Source: Chloroflexota bacterium (GTDB lineage Bacteria > Chloroflexota > Chloroflexia > QHBQ01 > JADMIH01). Taken from it: DNA of 64,000 nucleotides. Below the pieces are notes generated by a model. It saw only the letters and a program-made list of their open reading frames with translations. It did no database searches and had not been told where the DNA came from. Positions 15,647 to 25,086 of this stretch are shown in pieces (position 1 is the stretch's first letter; each line of letters begins with the position of its first letter). The stretch lies in assembly GCA_039932335.1 (NCBI GenBank), contig JBDTQH010000030.1, positions 1,593 through 65,592 of the forward strand, given 5' to 3'. A program made the translations under genes and the position numbers.

Positions 15647-17425
15647 ATGATGAAGATACTTGTTACAGAGCCGTTGCACGAGGCGGGAATCAAGGAACTG
15701 GAGCGCGAGTTTCAGGTCGATGTAAAGCTGGGTCTATCCCCGGCGCAGCTGGCAGCCGAAATCGGCGGCTACGAGGCGGTTATTACTCGCTCCGGCACAC
15801 CCGTCACCCCGCAGCTACTGGAAGCAGGCAAGGGCAGGCTCAGAGTAGTAGGGCGGGCGGGCATCGGTGTCGACAACATCGACATCAACGCGGCCACAGC
15901 ACGCGGCATCGCGGTAGTAAACGCGCCGAACGGCAACGTGCGCGCCGCTGCGGAGCACACAATCGCGCTGCTTTTCGCGCTCTCACGCAATATCCCGCAG
16001 GCCCACAACCTCCTGCATGACGGCGTCTGGGGCAAGAATCACTTTATGGGCACGGAGGTAGCAGGCAAGACGCTCGGCATCATCGGCCTGGGTAAAGTCG
16101 GCACACAGGTGGCCCGCCGCGCACGCGCCCTTGACATGGACGTGATCGCCTACGATCCGTTTGTGCAACAGGGCCCCGACGTGCCGTTGGTGTCGCTGGA
16201 CGACCTCCTCCGCCACGCTGATTATGTGACCCTGCATGTGCCACTAACCCCCATCACCGCCAATATGATCGGCCAGCGCGAGCTTCAGCTTATGAAGCCA
16301 GGTGCCTTTCTCATCAACTGCGCACGCGGCAAAGTCGTGGACGAAGCAGCGCTCTACGAGGTATGCAAGAGCGGCGGTATCATGGGCGCGGCTCTCGATG
16401 CGTTCGCGCAGGAACCACCCACACACAATCCTCTGCTCGAACTCAACAATGTCATTCTGACGCCGCACCTGGGCGGTACCACGCACGAAGCGATGCAGGC
16501 GTCGGCACTCGAAGTAGCGCGAGAAGTGAAAGCGGTGCTGCGGGGCAACTATCCATCGTACATTATCAACCCGGAAGTGCTGCAGCCCGCCGCGCCGCTG
16601 GCGGCATCGTCGCTCAATACATGGGAGGGCTTCGACCGCGTTATCTTCGACTGCGACAGCACGCTAAGCGTGATCGAGGGCATAAACGAGCTTGCGGCCA
16701 TGAACGATGTTCCCTATGAGGTGGCCGAGATGACCCGCCAGGCGATGGGCGGCGAGGTTCCGTTCGAGGAAGTGTTCGCTCGCAGGCTGGATATCATCAA
16801 GCCCACGCAGAAGCAACTGGCGGCGGTCGGCAAGCTGTACGTGTCGACCCTGGTGGAAGACGCCGCTATGGTGACTATGGCGCTACAGGAATTGGGCCGC
16901 GACGTACGCATAGTGTCGGGCGGCTACCATGATGCGCTGGTGCCTGTGGCCGAGAAGTTGGGCATACCGGCGGAGCAGATACATGCCAACGAGCTTTATT
17001 TCACAGCAAAGGGCGAGTACGTAGGCTTCAATGCCGAGAACCCCCTGAGCAGATCGGGCGGCAAGGGTGATGTGATAAAGAACCTTCCCCGCGAGCCGCA
17101 CACCCTGCTCATAGGCGATGGCGCATCGGATGCCGAAGTGGGCACAAACGTCGAGCTATTCGTGGGCTACGGAGGCGTGGAGAAGCGGGACGCCGTACAT
17201 AACGTCGCGCCTGTTTATCTGCACGGCGAGAGCATGGCCCCGCTCGTGGTGATGGCCGCCGGCATGGAAGGCTGCATGAAACTGCTGGAGAACCCAAAGT
17301 TCCGGCCACTCGTCATCAAGGGTCTCTCGATACTCATGCACGAAGGCGCCACCGACTACCGCCCCGAATACCAGCCATTCTTCAGGCGAATTACCAGGTT
17401 CTGCCTGGACGGTATATGTAACTGA
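15647..17425 (+). CDS. serA: D-3-phosphoglycerate dehydrogenase fused to a phosphoserine phosphatase (HAD)
   Basis: Start at ATG 15647, with GGAGG 8 nt upstream. The longer ORF from 15455 would overlap the T-box. The N-terminal ~310 aa is a 2-hydroxyacid dehydrogenase (GRAGIGVDNID, GLGKVG). The C-terminal ~230 aa has FDCDSTL, EMTRQAMGGEVPFEE, GGKGDVIK and IGDGASD, closely resembling eukaryote-type PSPH. Confidence 0.9.
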   Translation: MMKILVTEPLHEAGIKELEREFQVDVKLGLSPAQLAAEIGGYEAVITRSGTPVTPQLLEAGKGRLRVVGRAGIGVDNIDINAATARGIAVVNAPNGNVRAAAEHTIALLFALSRNIPQAHNLLHDGVWGKNHFMGTEVAGKTLGIIGLGKVGTQVARRARALDMDVIAYDPFVQQGPDVPLVSLDDLLRHADYVTLHVPLTPITANMIGQRELQLMKPGAFLINCARGKVVDEAALYEVCKSGGIMGAALDAFAQEPPTHNPLLELNNVILTPHLGGTTHEAMQASALEVAREVKAVLRGNYPSYIINPEVLQPAAPLAASSLNTWEGFDRVIFDCDSTLSVIEGINELAAMNDVPYEVAEMTRQAMGGEVPFEEVFARRLDIIKPTQKQLAAVGKLYVSTLVEDAAMVTMALQELGRDVRIVSGGYHDALVPVAEKLGIPAEQIHANELYFTAKGEYVGFNAENPLSRSGGKGDVIKNLPREPHTLLIGDGASDAEVGTNVELFVGYGGVEKRDAVHNVAPVYLHGESMAPLVVMAAGMEGCMKLLENPKFRPLVIKGLSILMHEGATDYRPEYQPFFRRITRFCLDGICN

Positions 17426-17432
17426 CGTGTCG

Positions 17433-17528
17433 TAGAAATGAGAAATGAGAAATGAGATTTTGAGCGCTGTTTCTATTCTCGACTGAGTTCCGATTCACTT
17501 ACTTCTCATTTCTCATTTCTCATTTCTC
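17433..17528. repeat. inverted heptamer arrays, (GAGAAAT)n ... (ATTTCTC)n
   Basis: TAGAAAT GAGAAAT GAGAAAT GAGATTT (17433-17460), a 40-nt spacer, then ACTTCTC ATTTCTC x3 (17501-17528). It fills the serA-fusion/aminotransferase intergenic gap. Confidence 0.9.
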
Positions 17529-17547
17529 GTCCCCCCAAGGAGCAACT

Positions 17548-18642
17548 ATGCAACTACGCATTCCCGGACCGACACCGCTGCCTGATGAGGTGTTGGAGGC
17601 TATGGATCGCGATATGATCAGCCATCGCGGTGCTGAGTTTCGCGTGCTCATGCGCGATGTGACAGAGAGGCTGAAGGTCTGCTTCCAGACCGAGGGCGAC
17701 GTATTGGTCTTCCCCGGCGCGGGTACGGGCGGGTTGGAGGCATCTATTGCCAACATCTTTTCTCCGGGCGACACCGCGCTTGCGCTTACTGTAGGCGCGT
17801 TTGGCGACCGCTATGCCGAGATCGCCGAGCGGTTCGGCCTGAACGTCGTGCGCATATCATCACCCTGGGGCGAAGCAGCCGACATCAGCGCATTGGAAAG
17901 AGCGCTGGACGAGACACCAAACGTCAAGGGCGTGCTTATCACACATAACGAGACTTCCACAGGTGTGCAGAACGACGTGGAAAAAGCAGCCCGAATAGTC
18001 CGAAAACAGGGGTCTGAGTCGCCCGTTTTGCTGGTGGATGCCATTTCTTCGCTGGGTGCTGTGGATATCCCTGTGGACAAGTGGGAAATCGACGTAATAG
18101 TGACTGCATCGCAGAAAGCGTGGATGGCCCCTCCAGGACTGACAATGCTGGGAGTGAGCCGGCGCGCATGGGAGGCATCGCGCAAAGCCGGGTTGCCGCG
18201 CTTCTACTGGGACTTCGCGGAAGCCAGGCGATTTCTCCAGAAGGACGAGACGCCCTACACACCCGCGATATCGCTCCTCTTCGGCTTGCAGGCGTCTCTC
18301 CGCCTCCTTATGGAGGAGGGGCTAAGCAATGTGTTCACACGCCATGAGCGGCTTCGTGACATGGTACGGAGCGGAGCACGCCAGATGGGACTTCAGCCCT
18401 TCGCAGCTGATGATATTGCCTCGCGCACCGTCACCGCGCTGCTGCCGCCGGATGGAATATCGGGCAAGGAGATAGTGGCTGCCATGCGCGAGCACGGCAT
18501 CATCATAACGGGCGGCCAGGGAGCATACGAGCAGAAGATAATCCGCATAGGACACATGGGTTTTGCCCATGAAGAGGACATGCAAGAGGTGCTGGCAGCC
18601 CTCGAAGGCGTTCTGGGGAGATATCCGGCAGCGCTATTATAG
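17548..18642 (+). CDS. class-V aminotransferase (serine-glyoxylate/phosphoserine aminotransferase-like)
   Basis: 364 aa. LRIPGPTPLPDEVLEAM N-terminus and SQKAWMAPPG (PLP-lysine region). AAGGAG RBS. Confidence 0.85.
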   Translation: MQLRIPGPTPLPDEVLEAMDRDMISHRGAEFRVLMRDVTERLKVCFQTEGDVLVFPGAGTGGLEASIANIFSPGDTALALTVGAFGDRYAEIAERFGLNVVRISSPWGEAADISALERALDETPNVKGVLITHNETSTGVQNDVEKAARIVRKQGSESPVLLVDAISSLGAVDIPVDKWEIDVIVTASQKAWMAPPGLTMLGVSRRAWEASRKAGLPRFYWDFAEARRFLQKDETPYTPAISLLFGLQASLRLLMEEGLSNVFTRHERLRDMVRSGARQMGLQPFAADDIASRTVTALLPPDGISGKEIVAAMREHGIIITGGQGAYEQKIIRIGHMGFAHEEDMQEVLAALEGVLGRYPAALL

Positions 18643-18671
18643 GTCGATTGAGACTGGCGGTAAATTCCCTA

Positions 18672-18700
18672 TTGATATATGGAAATATCTGTGCTACAAT
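18672..18700 (+). promoter_or_regulatory. sigma-70-type promoter
   Basis: TTGATA (18672-18677), 17-nt spacer, TACAAT (18695-18700). It lies ~145 nt upstream of the zinc-ribbon gene. Confidence 0.5.
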
Positions 18701-18851
18701 CGCTAATGGTTAGAACTGGCAGGCTAAATGTATCGAGGTATTCCGCGCTTCCCTCCCCGGTATTGCGTGAACGCCATACTACACACTTCTGTGCCAGAGC
18801 CAACCGGCAGATTACAGGCAATTACACGCAAAAGGGGAAACAAAAACTACT

Positions 18852-19220
18852 ATGGCAGACAGAACACTTACGTGCCGTGACTGCGGCGCGACATTCACCT
18901 ACACCGAAGGTGAACAGGACTTTTACGCACAGAAAGGCTTTAGCGAGCCCTCACGCTGCCCCGACTGCCGCGCCGCCAAAAAGGCAGCACGCAACAGTGG
19001 TGGTGGCTACGGCGACAGCTACGGTAGTGGCGGTGGTTATGGCGGCGACGGGGGTGGCTACGGCCGCTCCGAGCGCACTATGACCCAGGTTGTTTGCGCA
19101 AACTGCGGCAAGGACACCGAGGTACCTTTCGTACCGCGGGGTGACAAGCCGGTCTACTGCTCCGACTGCTATAGCACGATGGGTGCAGGCAACCGGGGTG
19201 GTGGACGCAGCAGGTACTAG
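18852..19220 (+). CDS. double zinc-ribbon protein with Gly/Tyr/Arg-rich linker and tail
   Basis: 122 aa. CRDCG...CPDCR and CANCG...CSDCY cysteine pairs. The linker is GGGYGDSYGSGGGYGGDGGGYG and the tail is NRGGGRSRY. Confidence 0.75.
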   Translation: MADRTLTCRDCGATFTYTEGEQDFYAQKGFSEPSRCPDCRAAKKAARNSGGGYGDSYGSGGGYGGDGGGYGRSERTMTQVVCANCGKDTEVPFVPRGDKPVYCSDCYSTMGAGNRGGGRSRY

Positions 19221-19287
19221 AGACTTTATCCGGGGGAGGGCGCGATTGCACCACAATGCAATCCGCGTTAGCGTAAGCTAGAAGTCA

Positions 19288-19323
19288 AGAGCCGGGAGGT
19301 TACCCTCTCGGCTCTATTTTTAT
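19288..19323. terminator. bidirectional intrinsic terminator between convergent genes
   Basis: AGAGCCGGGAGG(19288-19299)/CCTCTCGGCTCT(19304-19315) stem, then ATTTTTAT. Confidence 0.6.
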
Positions 19324-19347
19324 GGCTGATCGGCAGTATCATATCCA

Positions 19348-20028
19348 TCAGTCGGTCCTTGTTATGAAGTCGAGATGCGCCGTGAGCCATTCGCCGGCAT
19401 CGTAGAGGCTTTCTTCGCTGATAGAATGACCGATGGGATACTCTTTATAGATGACGTGCGCTCCGGCGGCCTCCAGGTATTCCAGCGCGTCTCGGCCCCA
19501 CGTAACCGGGATCACGTCGTCGTATTTGCCGTGGGCAAGGAAGAACGGCTTGTCTTTCAGGCCGTCCGCAGGCAGATCAAGCCCCGCATGGTGGGTCGAA
19601 ATATAGCCGCTGTGCATGATTATCCCGGTAATAGCCCCAGGTATGAGCATTGCCAGCGCCGACGACAGAACCGCGCCCTGACTGAAGCCGAATAAATAAA
19701 GGCGCGAGGGGTCAATATCGTACGCCTCCGGCAGACCTTCAAGGAAGGTGCGCAACTCTTGCACGCTTGTCATGAAGCTTTCGTCGTCGGCCTCGCCATC
19801 CGCGCCCATAAGATACCAGGCATAGCCCGGGCCCAAACGAAAAGGCGCCCGTGGGCTTACAATAGTGAGCCTGGGGTCGAGCGCGCCCTCTAGACCCATC
19901 AAATCCGCCTCGTCGGCTCCCCGCCCGTGCAGCAAAATCAGACAAGGTCCCGCTCCACCATCCGGCCCGTGCTCGATGGCGGGCCGCACCATGTGGCTTA
20001 GATTAAGTGTGGTTTCGTGGTTATCCAT
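19348..20028 (-). CDS. alpha/beta hydrolase (phospholipase/carboxylesterase family)
   Basis: 226 aa. LILLHGRGADE, nucleophile elbow GFSQGA, C-terminal His (GHSI). Confidence 0.8.
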   Translation of the reverse strand: MDNHETTLNLSHMVRPAIEHGPDGGAGPCLILLHGRGADEADLMGLEGALDPRLTIVSPRAPFRLGPGYAWYLMGADGEADDESFMTSVQELRTFLEGLPEAYDIDPSRLYLFGFSQGAVLSSALAMLIPGAITGIIMHSGYISTHHAGLDLPADGLKDKPFFLAHGKYDDVIPVTWGRDALEYLEAAGAHVIYKEYPIGHSISEESLYDAGEWLTAHLDFITRTD

Positions 20029-20049
20029 GGGGTAATTGTAACCTAAAGT

Positions 20050-20136
20050 ATTGCGTATTGCGTACTGTGTAGTTGTCCGTTGTCCGTTGTCCGTTGTTGG
20101 CGTCAGTGACTCGTCGCCCTACGCAGTACGCAGTAC
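20050..20136. repeat. composite heptamer-array element, copy E
   Basis: ATTGCGT x2, ACTGTGT, AGTTGTC, CGTTGTC x2, CGTTGTT, a unique 21 nt, then TACGCAG x2. Confidence 0.85.
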
Positions 20137-20165
20137 CCCGCCTTCGTTCGTGGTAGAATAGTCGC

Positions 20166-20948
20166 ATGAGCAAAGCATATCCAAAGGGGAGCAGGGGCGG
20201 GGTCGTTATCAGGCCTGGAGACGGCCGGAGCTTTCCTGTGCTATTGCACGAGCCGGGTGTGGGCGCATGGGCGCTGTGGTCCGTGCTGTACGGAGTCGGT
20301 GGAGCGGTCGGCAGTCTGATCTCGTCTTTTGTGGGCAGCTTATTCTTCCCTGATGGTGGGGGTCTTGGCGTCGCTGTGCCGCTGCCCCAAATGGTGGTGG
20401 GTCTGGTTGGCACCTTCATCCTGGGGGCCACGATTGGCCTTGCTCAGTGGCTCATGCTGCGGCTGTACATGTATAAGGTCAACTGGTGGCCCGTTGTTAC
20501 AGGGCTGGGGCTGGCGCTGGCCAGCGGCCTGATCGCCATAGTGCTTCCCACTATCTTCCCGCTTCCTGCCACTGCCGACCCCAACTATGAGCAGGCCGCG
20601 GCCATCCGAGATACCGTCAATGGAGCTATTGTAGGACTCATGGTCGGTGCGGCGCAGGCCGCCATCCTCGTGCGCAAGGTGACGGATAGAACCGCCATAG
20701 GTATCTTCGTGCTTACCAACATGCTCGGATGGCTGGCTCTCGCCTTGCTCGCGTCATTCCTGGCAACGGCAATCGGCACAATGAGGGAGCTTGGCGATAC
20801 GCGCCAGACAATTATTCTCTTCCTCAGCTTTACACTTGCAGGCATGATCTCCGGCCTGGAACTCATAAACATCTTGAAGAAGCACCAGCAAGAGATAGAA
20901 GAGGAAACCTCGCCAAATGTCCATCGTCCGGCTCCCCGGTCTAATTGA
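20166..20948 (+). CDS. hypothetical polytopic membrane protein
   Basis: 260-aa hydrophobic ORF with no recognisable motif. The start is uncertain. Confidence 0.5.
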   Translation: MSKAYPKGSRGGVVIRPGDGRSFPVLLHEPGVGAWALWSVLYGVGGAVGSLISSFVGSLFFPDGGGLGVAVPLPQMVVGLVGTFILGATIGLAQWLMLRLYMYKVNWWPVVTGLGLALASGLIAIVLPTIFPLPATADPNYEQAAAIRDTVNGAIVGLMVGAAQAAILVRKVTDRTAIGIFVLTNMLGWLALALLASFLATAIGTMRELGDTRQTIILFLSFTLAGMISGLELINILKKHQQEIEEETSPNVHRPAPRSN

Positions 20949-21984
20949 CCCGCACGTCCATCTCCGCGACCCCGGTGCCACCCAGAAAGAAGATTTCCTG
21001 ACAGGTACACGCGCTGCCCTGGCGGGTGGTATTACCATGCTGCTGGATATGCCCAATAATCCGGGCGCGCCTGTTACATCTCCCGCAGCCCTGGCCGCGA
21101 AAGAGGAAGTGGCTGCCTCCAAAATAGTATGTGACGTTGGCCTCTACTACGGCGCTACACCGCACAACGCAGCTACATACAGCTCTGTTGCCCATGGGGT
21201 GTTCGGCCTCAAGCTCTATCTCGACCACACCACAGGCGACCTGAAGGTAGACGAGCTGGAGACCATAGTGGCGATAATGCGCGCTTGGCCCCGAGAGAAG
21301 CCGCTACTAGTCCACGCCGAGGACCGCACAGTGGCGATGGTGCTTGGCCTTATTCCCTTCGTAGGGCGTGGTGTGCACTTCTGCCATATCAGTGAGAAGA
21401 TAGAGATTGAGCTTATTCGCGATGCGAAAGAGCGCGGGCTGCCCGTTACGTGCGAGGTCGCGCCGCACCATCTTTACCTGACCGAAGAAGATGTGCCGCG
21501 GCTTGAAGGCTTCGGTATAATGAAGCCACCTCTCAAGCGGGCGGTCGACAGGGATGCGCTCTGGGCCAACCTCGATGTTATTGACATGATCGCCACCGAC
21601 CATGCCCCGCACACCATAGCAGAGAAGCAGGGCAAGCCTGCACCCTTCGGCGTCCCCGGCCTGGAAACCTCGCTGCCTCTCATGCTGACCGCTGTGGCAG
21701 CGGGTAGGCTCAGCCTGGACCGCCTCGTGGAGATGATGCATGACGCACCGGCGCGCCTTTTCCATACCGGCCCGCAACCTGATACATATGTAGATGTAGA
21801 TACAGACGCCGAATGGACCATTGAGACCGTCGGGCTGCAAACCAAATGCGGTTGGACGCCCTTCGAGGGCATGAGCGTTACGGGGGCTGTGAAATCTGTG
21901 GTGTTGCGTGGACGTGAAGTGTTTCGCGATGGGGAGATACTCGCGAAACCGGGCTCAGGTAAGCTCATTTCTCCGGTGGCATAA
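20917..21984 (+). CDS. pyrC: dihydroorotase-like cyclic amidohydrolase
   Basis: 355 aa. LIDPHVHLRDPG metal-binding motif, and ATDHAPH near the C-terminal third. Confidence 0.75.
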   Translation: MSIVRLPGLIDPHVHLRDPGATQKEDFLTGTRAALAGGITMLLDMPNNPGAPVTSPAALAAKEEVAASKIVCDVGLYYGATPHNAATYSSVAHGVFGLKLYLDHTTGDLKVDELETIVAIMRAWPREKPLLVHAEDRTVAMVLGLIPFVGRGVHFCHISEKIEIELIRDAKERGLPVTCEVAPHHLYLTEEDVPRLEGFGIMKPPLKRAVDRDALWANLDVIDMIATDHAPHTIAEKQGKPAPFGVPGLETSLPLMLTAVAAGRLSLDRLVEMMHDAPARLFHTGPQPDTYVDVDTDAEWTIETVGLQTKCGWTPFEGMSVTGAVKSVVLRGREVFRDGEILAKPGSGKLISPVA

Positions 21985-22145
21985 TCCTTGCACAATCATG
22001 GCTTATGCCGCACCGGAAGCAGTGTGCTAGAGTAGGCTTCTTCTTGCGGACTGCGTAACACGAACAGGCGTAAGCATGAAACGTAGCGACAAGTTGATAG
22101 ATCACTCACGCCAGTGCCAAGAGCATTATCCCGAAGGAGTTTACG

Positions 22146-23513
22146 ATGCCCAGAAAGCTGCAGGAGAAGGGCATGCAGAAAGCCAGGAACGGTGGAGTCC
22201 ACGACCCCGGTAGCAGTAATCTTGATAAGTCCACGACAGGTGCTCACCCGCACCAAGAAGCTAGAAAGGAAAGCGCCGAGGATGCGGCTCTTATGGAGGC
22301 ATATGGTTACGTGCCTCTGGCAGAACCAACCGCCACGGCAATTGCCATGAAAGATAGCCCCGAGGGCGAAGCCCTTTACCAGGAAATAAAAGGCATGGAA
22401 TTCGAGGCCATGGTCGACCCCGACCCTGAGGATTTGGCACTCGATCTTGCCGTCGCCAACGACCTCTCTACGCTGCCTATTGACGACAACATAGGCACTA
22501 TAGGACAGCTCAAGGTCAGGCCCGCCACAGAAGAGGGAGACGGCGATGAGCGGCTTCAAAACGCGCTCGCACGTATTCCTTCGCCCCGCCGCACCGCACA
22601 GGATCTCGAGGAAGAAGACGAGGTAGACGTTGAAGAGGATCCAACGACCGACCTGGATCGCATCGCCAGCCACGATCCCGCCTTTGTGACTGATCCTGTA
22701 CGCCTCTACTTGCGGGAAATCAGCCAGGCCCCGCTCCTGAAAGGCGAACAGGAACTTGAGCTAGCGCGCCAGATAGCCGATGGCGATGTAGAAGCAACAC
22801 AGAAGTTTGTGCTTGCAAACCTTCGCCTGGTAGTCAGCATCGCCAAGAAGTATGTGGGGCGCGGCCTCACCTTGCTCGACCTGATCCAGGAAGGCAATAT
22901 GGGCTTGCTGCGAGCGGTCCACAAGTATGATCCCAGCCGTGGGTTCAAGTTCTCCACGTATGCTACATGGTGGATACGGCAGGCGATATTGCGGGCAGTT
23001 TCTGAGCAAGCGCGCACAATAAGGCTTCCCGCGCACATCGGAGAGGCTATGGGCCGCATCTCGCATGCCAGCCAGGAGATTGCGCAGAAGATGGGCCGCC
23101 CCGCCCGCCCCGAAGAAATCGGGGAGGTTATGGGCATGACCGGAGAACGCATCAGCGAAATACTGCGCGCTGCCGAGGCTCCTATGTCGCTCGAATCGCC
23201 AATCGGTGACGAAGGTGACGAGAACTTACTGCAAAACTTCATCAGTGATGTAGACGCAGCCACCCCTGAAGAAGAGGCCAGCCACGAGCTACTGAAGGAC
23301 CAGCTTGAAACCACTTTGCAGCAAGTGCTGACCCCACGCGAGAAGATGGTGCTCCAACTGCGCTTCGGCCTCGGTGATGGGCACCAGTATCCACTGGAAA
23401 AGGTAGGTGAGCAGCTAGGCGTGACCCGCGAGCGTGTGCGTCAGATAGAAGCAGAGGCCCTTCGTAAGCTGCGCGCTCCCGCGTTTACAGAGCGCTTCCG
23501 CGATTACCTCTAA
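22146..23513 (+). CDS. rpoD: primary RNA polymerase sigma factor (sigma-70 family)
   Basis: 455 aa. Acidic N-terminal extension, region 2 ([28 protein letters not shown]), region 4 ([16 protein letters not shown]). Confidence 0.95.
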   Translation: MPRKLQEKGMQKARNGGVHDPGSSNLDKSTTGAHPHQEARKESAEDAALMEAYGYVPLAEPTATAIAMKDSPEGEALYQEIKGMEFEAMVDPDPEDLALDLAVANDLSTLPIDDNIGTIGQLKVRPATEEGDGDERLQNALARIPSPRRTAQDLEEEDEVDVEEDPTTDLDRIASHDPAFVTDPVRLYLREISQAPLLKGEQELELARQIADGDVEATQKFVLANLRLVVSIAKKYVGRGLTLLDLIQEGNMGLLRAVHKYDPSRGFKFSTYATWWIRQAILRAVSEQARTIRLPAHIGEAMGRISHASQEIAQKMGRPARPEEIGEVMGMTGERISEILRAAEAPMSLESPIGDEGDENLLQNFISDVDAATPEEEASHELLKDQLETTLQQVLTPREKMVLQLRFGLGDGHQYPLEKVGEQLGVTRERVRQIEAEALRKLRAPAFTERFRDYL

Positions 23514-23534
23514 AATAGAACAAGAATCTTCCCC

Positions 23535-23584
23535 AAAGAAGCAAGCTATTCGGCCTGTACCGCCGCAGAGTAGCTTGCTTCTTT
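23535..23584 (+). terminator. long hairpin after rpoD
   Basis: AAAGAAGCAAGCTA(23535-23548)/TAGCTTGCTTCTTT(23571-23584) with a 22-nt loop. The T-tract is weak. Confidence 0.4.
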
Positions 23585-23619
23585 GTTGGCTGCGTTAGGC
23601 TCCTGTAGGAGTTCATAGC

Positions 23620-23995
23620 GAGGGTGCAAGGGGAGTGCACCTGCCCGGAAGGTATGGGGCGTCCCAACGCCTCCCACACTATTTGTGGCTCTCATCCCGC
23701 ACGGGGATGTTTTCAAGGGTAGGTATTTGTAAATCCCAAGAAATAAGCCAATGAAGTACCCCTCACCCCCAACCCCTCTCCCCGCTTCGCGGGACGAGGG
23801 GAGTAATATAACGGGAAGAATGGGGGACACCCCCATACCCCCGGACAGGGAGGCCCTGTCAACCCCTTCTCATAAACCTACCTGGAAAGCCCACACGTGG
23901 GAGGGGAGTAATAAGAAGGGGAGAATGGGGGACACCCCGCCCCCCGCTTCACTCATCCCCCGTCAGGGGCTTCGCCCCTGCACCCCTGGCCCCAA
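23620..23995. repeat. G-rich mosaic repeat, copy 3 (composite, mostly opposite orientation)
   Basis: C-run motif CCCCTCACCCCCAACCCCTCTCCCC (23759-23783), GGGGGACACCCCC, GGACAGGGAGGCCCTGTC, CACACGTGGGAGGGG, and GTCAGGGGCTTCGCCCCTGCAC. Confidence 0.85.
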
Positions 23996-24150
23996 CATTT
24001 GCGCTGCGCTCATAGATTTGCCCCATCTCGCAGCCGTCAGGTATAATGAGGAGTTATACAGCCGGAATCAGCGGGTCTTATTGCCTCTTCCGGTAAAGAT
24101 AGCAAACGTAATAGAAATCGTGTTTGGTGTGAAAGAAAGAGGGGGAAGGT

Positions 24151-25086
24151 TTGGCCACACTTGGGGATATGCTGCGCTCGGCACGGGAGGCGAGAGGTGT
24201 TTCGCTGGCCGAGGCAGAGCGAGAGACCAAGATTCGCCAGAAGTATATTAGCGCGCTGGAAGATGATAACCCGACGGCTCTTCCAGGCGTGACATACGCG
24301 CGCGGCTTCCTGCGCAATTATGCGTCCTATCTCGACCTCGATGTAGAGGAAGTTACCAACCTGTACGATGAGCAGAGGCTGCCAACGCGGGATAAGCTGC
24401 GTGCAGCGCGCGGTGAGCCTGCGGCAAGAGCTGCTGTTCGCCCGGACGCCGAGAAGATCAGCATCCAGCCGTTGAGCAACGAGCGCATCGACACACGCGT
24501 GCGCTACGGCACTCAGTATATCGCGCTGTCACTGCTGGCGATCCCACTTATCATTATCTTCTACTTTGTCTACAGTGCAGCAGCAGGTCCGAAGAACCAG
24601 GGTGTGCCCATACCGACGTTTACCGTCAGGCCGCCCACAGTGACCTCGATGCCTGTTGGCACAGTTGTGGTAGGTGGGCCTGCCACGGGAGAGTTTAACA
24701 CCCCGACGGTCTTTGTGCCGGCCACGCCCGTCAGCGGAGTAATCACGGTCACAGGCACTGTAACAACGTCTGCGGCTGTTACCACCACGGCCGTCCCGTC
24801 TGCCGGTATTCCGTCGGCGGATACAATAACGGTGAAGGTCACGACCACGCGTGATGCCTGGATGAGCGTGCTGGTGGATGGTGTGCAGCAGTTCAGCGGT
24901 ACGCTGGCAAAGGGAGCCACCCGCCAGTGGAAGGGCAAGAACACGATACAGGTGCGCACCGGACGCGCCGACTCGGTCGAGGTGGAGATTAACGGTGTGA
25001 GCAAGGGCTTTATGGGGACGCCCAACAACCTCGTCGTAGAAAAGAAGTGGGACCGCACCGGCAAAGAAACCGTAATACAACCATAA
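24151..25086 (+). CDS. rodZ: RodZ-like HTH membrane protein
   Basis: 311 aa, TTG start preceded by a GGGGGAAGG RBS. The Xre-type HTH LGDMLRSAREARGVSLAEAERETKIRQKYISALE is followed by one TM segment, a Thr/Val/Pro-rich linker, and a C-terminal DUF4115-like beta domain. Confidence 0.75.
   Translation: MATLGDMLRSAREARGVSLAEAERETKIRQKYISALEDDNPTALPGVTYARGFLRNYASYLDLDVEEVTNLYDEQRLPTRDKLRAARGEPAARAAVRPDAEKISIQPLSNERIDTRVRYGTQYIALSLLAIPLIIIFYFVYSAAAGPKNQGVPIPTFTVRPPTVTSMPVGTVVVGGPATGEFNTPTVFVPATPVSGVITVTGTVTTSAAVTTTAVPSAGIPSADTITVKVTTTRDAWMSVLVDGVQQFSGTLAKGATRQWKGKNTIQVRTGRADSVEVEINGVSKGFMGTPNNLVVEKKWDRTGKETVIQP

Noticed and set aside
18679-19083. 134-aa ORF overlapping the 5' UTR and first half of the zinc-ribbon gene.
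   Set aside because: The frame with the CxxC pairs is clearly the coding one. This ORF starts inside the predicted promoter/leader region and has a low-complexity Ala/Thr/Val tail derived from the Gly-rich linker.
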